This document shows positions 63,757 through 64,000 of a DNA stretch of 64,000 nucleotides, one piece after another. The stretch comes from Candidatus Microgenomates bacterium (GTDB taxonomy: Bacteria; Patescibacteriota; Microgenomatia; UBA8517): contig JBEKNE010000001.1 in NCBI GenBank assembly GCA_049523135.1, forward strand, positions 651,234-715,233. Reading direction: 5' to 3'. Each line of letters starts with the position of its first letter. Position 1 is the stretch's first letter. Under the pieces are notes generated by a model. It ran no database searches. It had not been told where the DNA came from and saw only the letters and a list, made by a program, of their open reading frames with translations. The position numbers and the translations under genes are program-made.

Positions 63757-64000
63757 TCTTTAAAGGAAAAACAATAACTGCATTTAAAATCCGACTGATC
63801 CTCTTGGGCTCGGTAATAAGCCTCCAGAGCCACTCTAGGCCACAAGCAGCCATCCATTTGGGCGGAAGCTTACTTATGCCTGCCACATAGCGGAAAGCAC
63901 CTCCTACGGCCATAGCGCCGCCTACGTTCAATTTTGGAAGGTTATTATGGATCCATATTTCCTGCTTAGGGTTACCGAAGGCTACAAAAAGAAGCTGGGG
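63734..64000 (-). CDS. WecB/TagA/CpsF glycosyltransferase (5'-truncated by window)
   Basis: PQLLFVAFGNPKQEIWI...VGGAFRY...PKWMAACGLEWLWRLITEPKR. Confidence 0.92.
   Translation of the reverse strand, partial: PQLLFVAFGNPKQEIWIHNNLPKLNVGGAMAVGGAFRYVAGISKLPPKWMAACGLEWLWRLITEPKRISRILNAVIVFPLKIILYKLS

Overview
A 64 kb, low-GC, densely coding bacterial window. Its gene content suggests a Patescibacteria (CPR) genome, probably Microgenomates/Woesebacteria-like; this is inferred from the short EF-Ts, rpsB-tsf-frr lacking pyrH, divergent L1, an archaeal-type isopentenyl-phosphate kinase and many near-leaderless genes. The standard genetic code fits (tRNA-Trp CCA, TGA used as stop). The backbone is housekeeping: a MacAB-like exporter with an OmpR two-component system, DrrAB, cysS, dnaX-ybaB-recR, proS-rseP-frr-tsf-rpsB, topA, mreB/PBP2, def-fmt, queA, secE-nusG-rplKAJL, four tRNAs and a probable 6S RNA. 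The most notable accessory content is: (1) a 7TM protein + ATP-grasp/retropepsin fusion + double ATP-grasp (RimK-like fused to a CphA/GshAB-like domain) operon; (2) a second cassette of two Ddl-like ligases flanking a C39-like Cys peptidase; (3) an IPK-HAD-UppS operon whose UppS carries an internally duplicated helical C-terminal domain; (4) a dTTP/folate island coupling glutamate formiminotransferase and cyclodeaminase to thyX, tmk, dNK, MazG and dCMP deaminase; (5) related GC-rich hairpin elements apparently inserted in-frame in topA and dnaX; (6) an internally deleted dprA remnant; (7) a divergent RpoD-like sigma; and (8) an HTH-LAGLIDADG-like gene abutting tRNA-Tyr. No rRNA, CRISPR array, integrase or transposase was seen. 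All family calls come from motif recognition by eye, not database searches.
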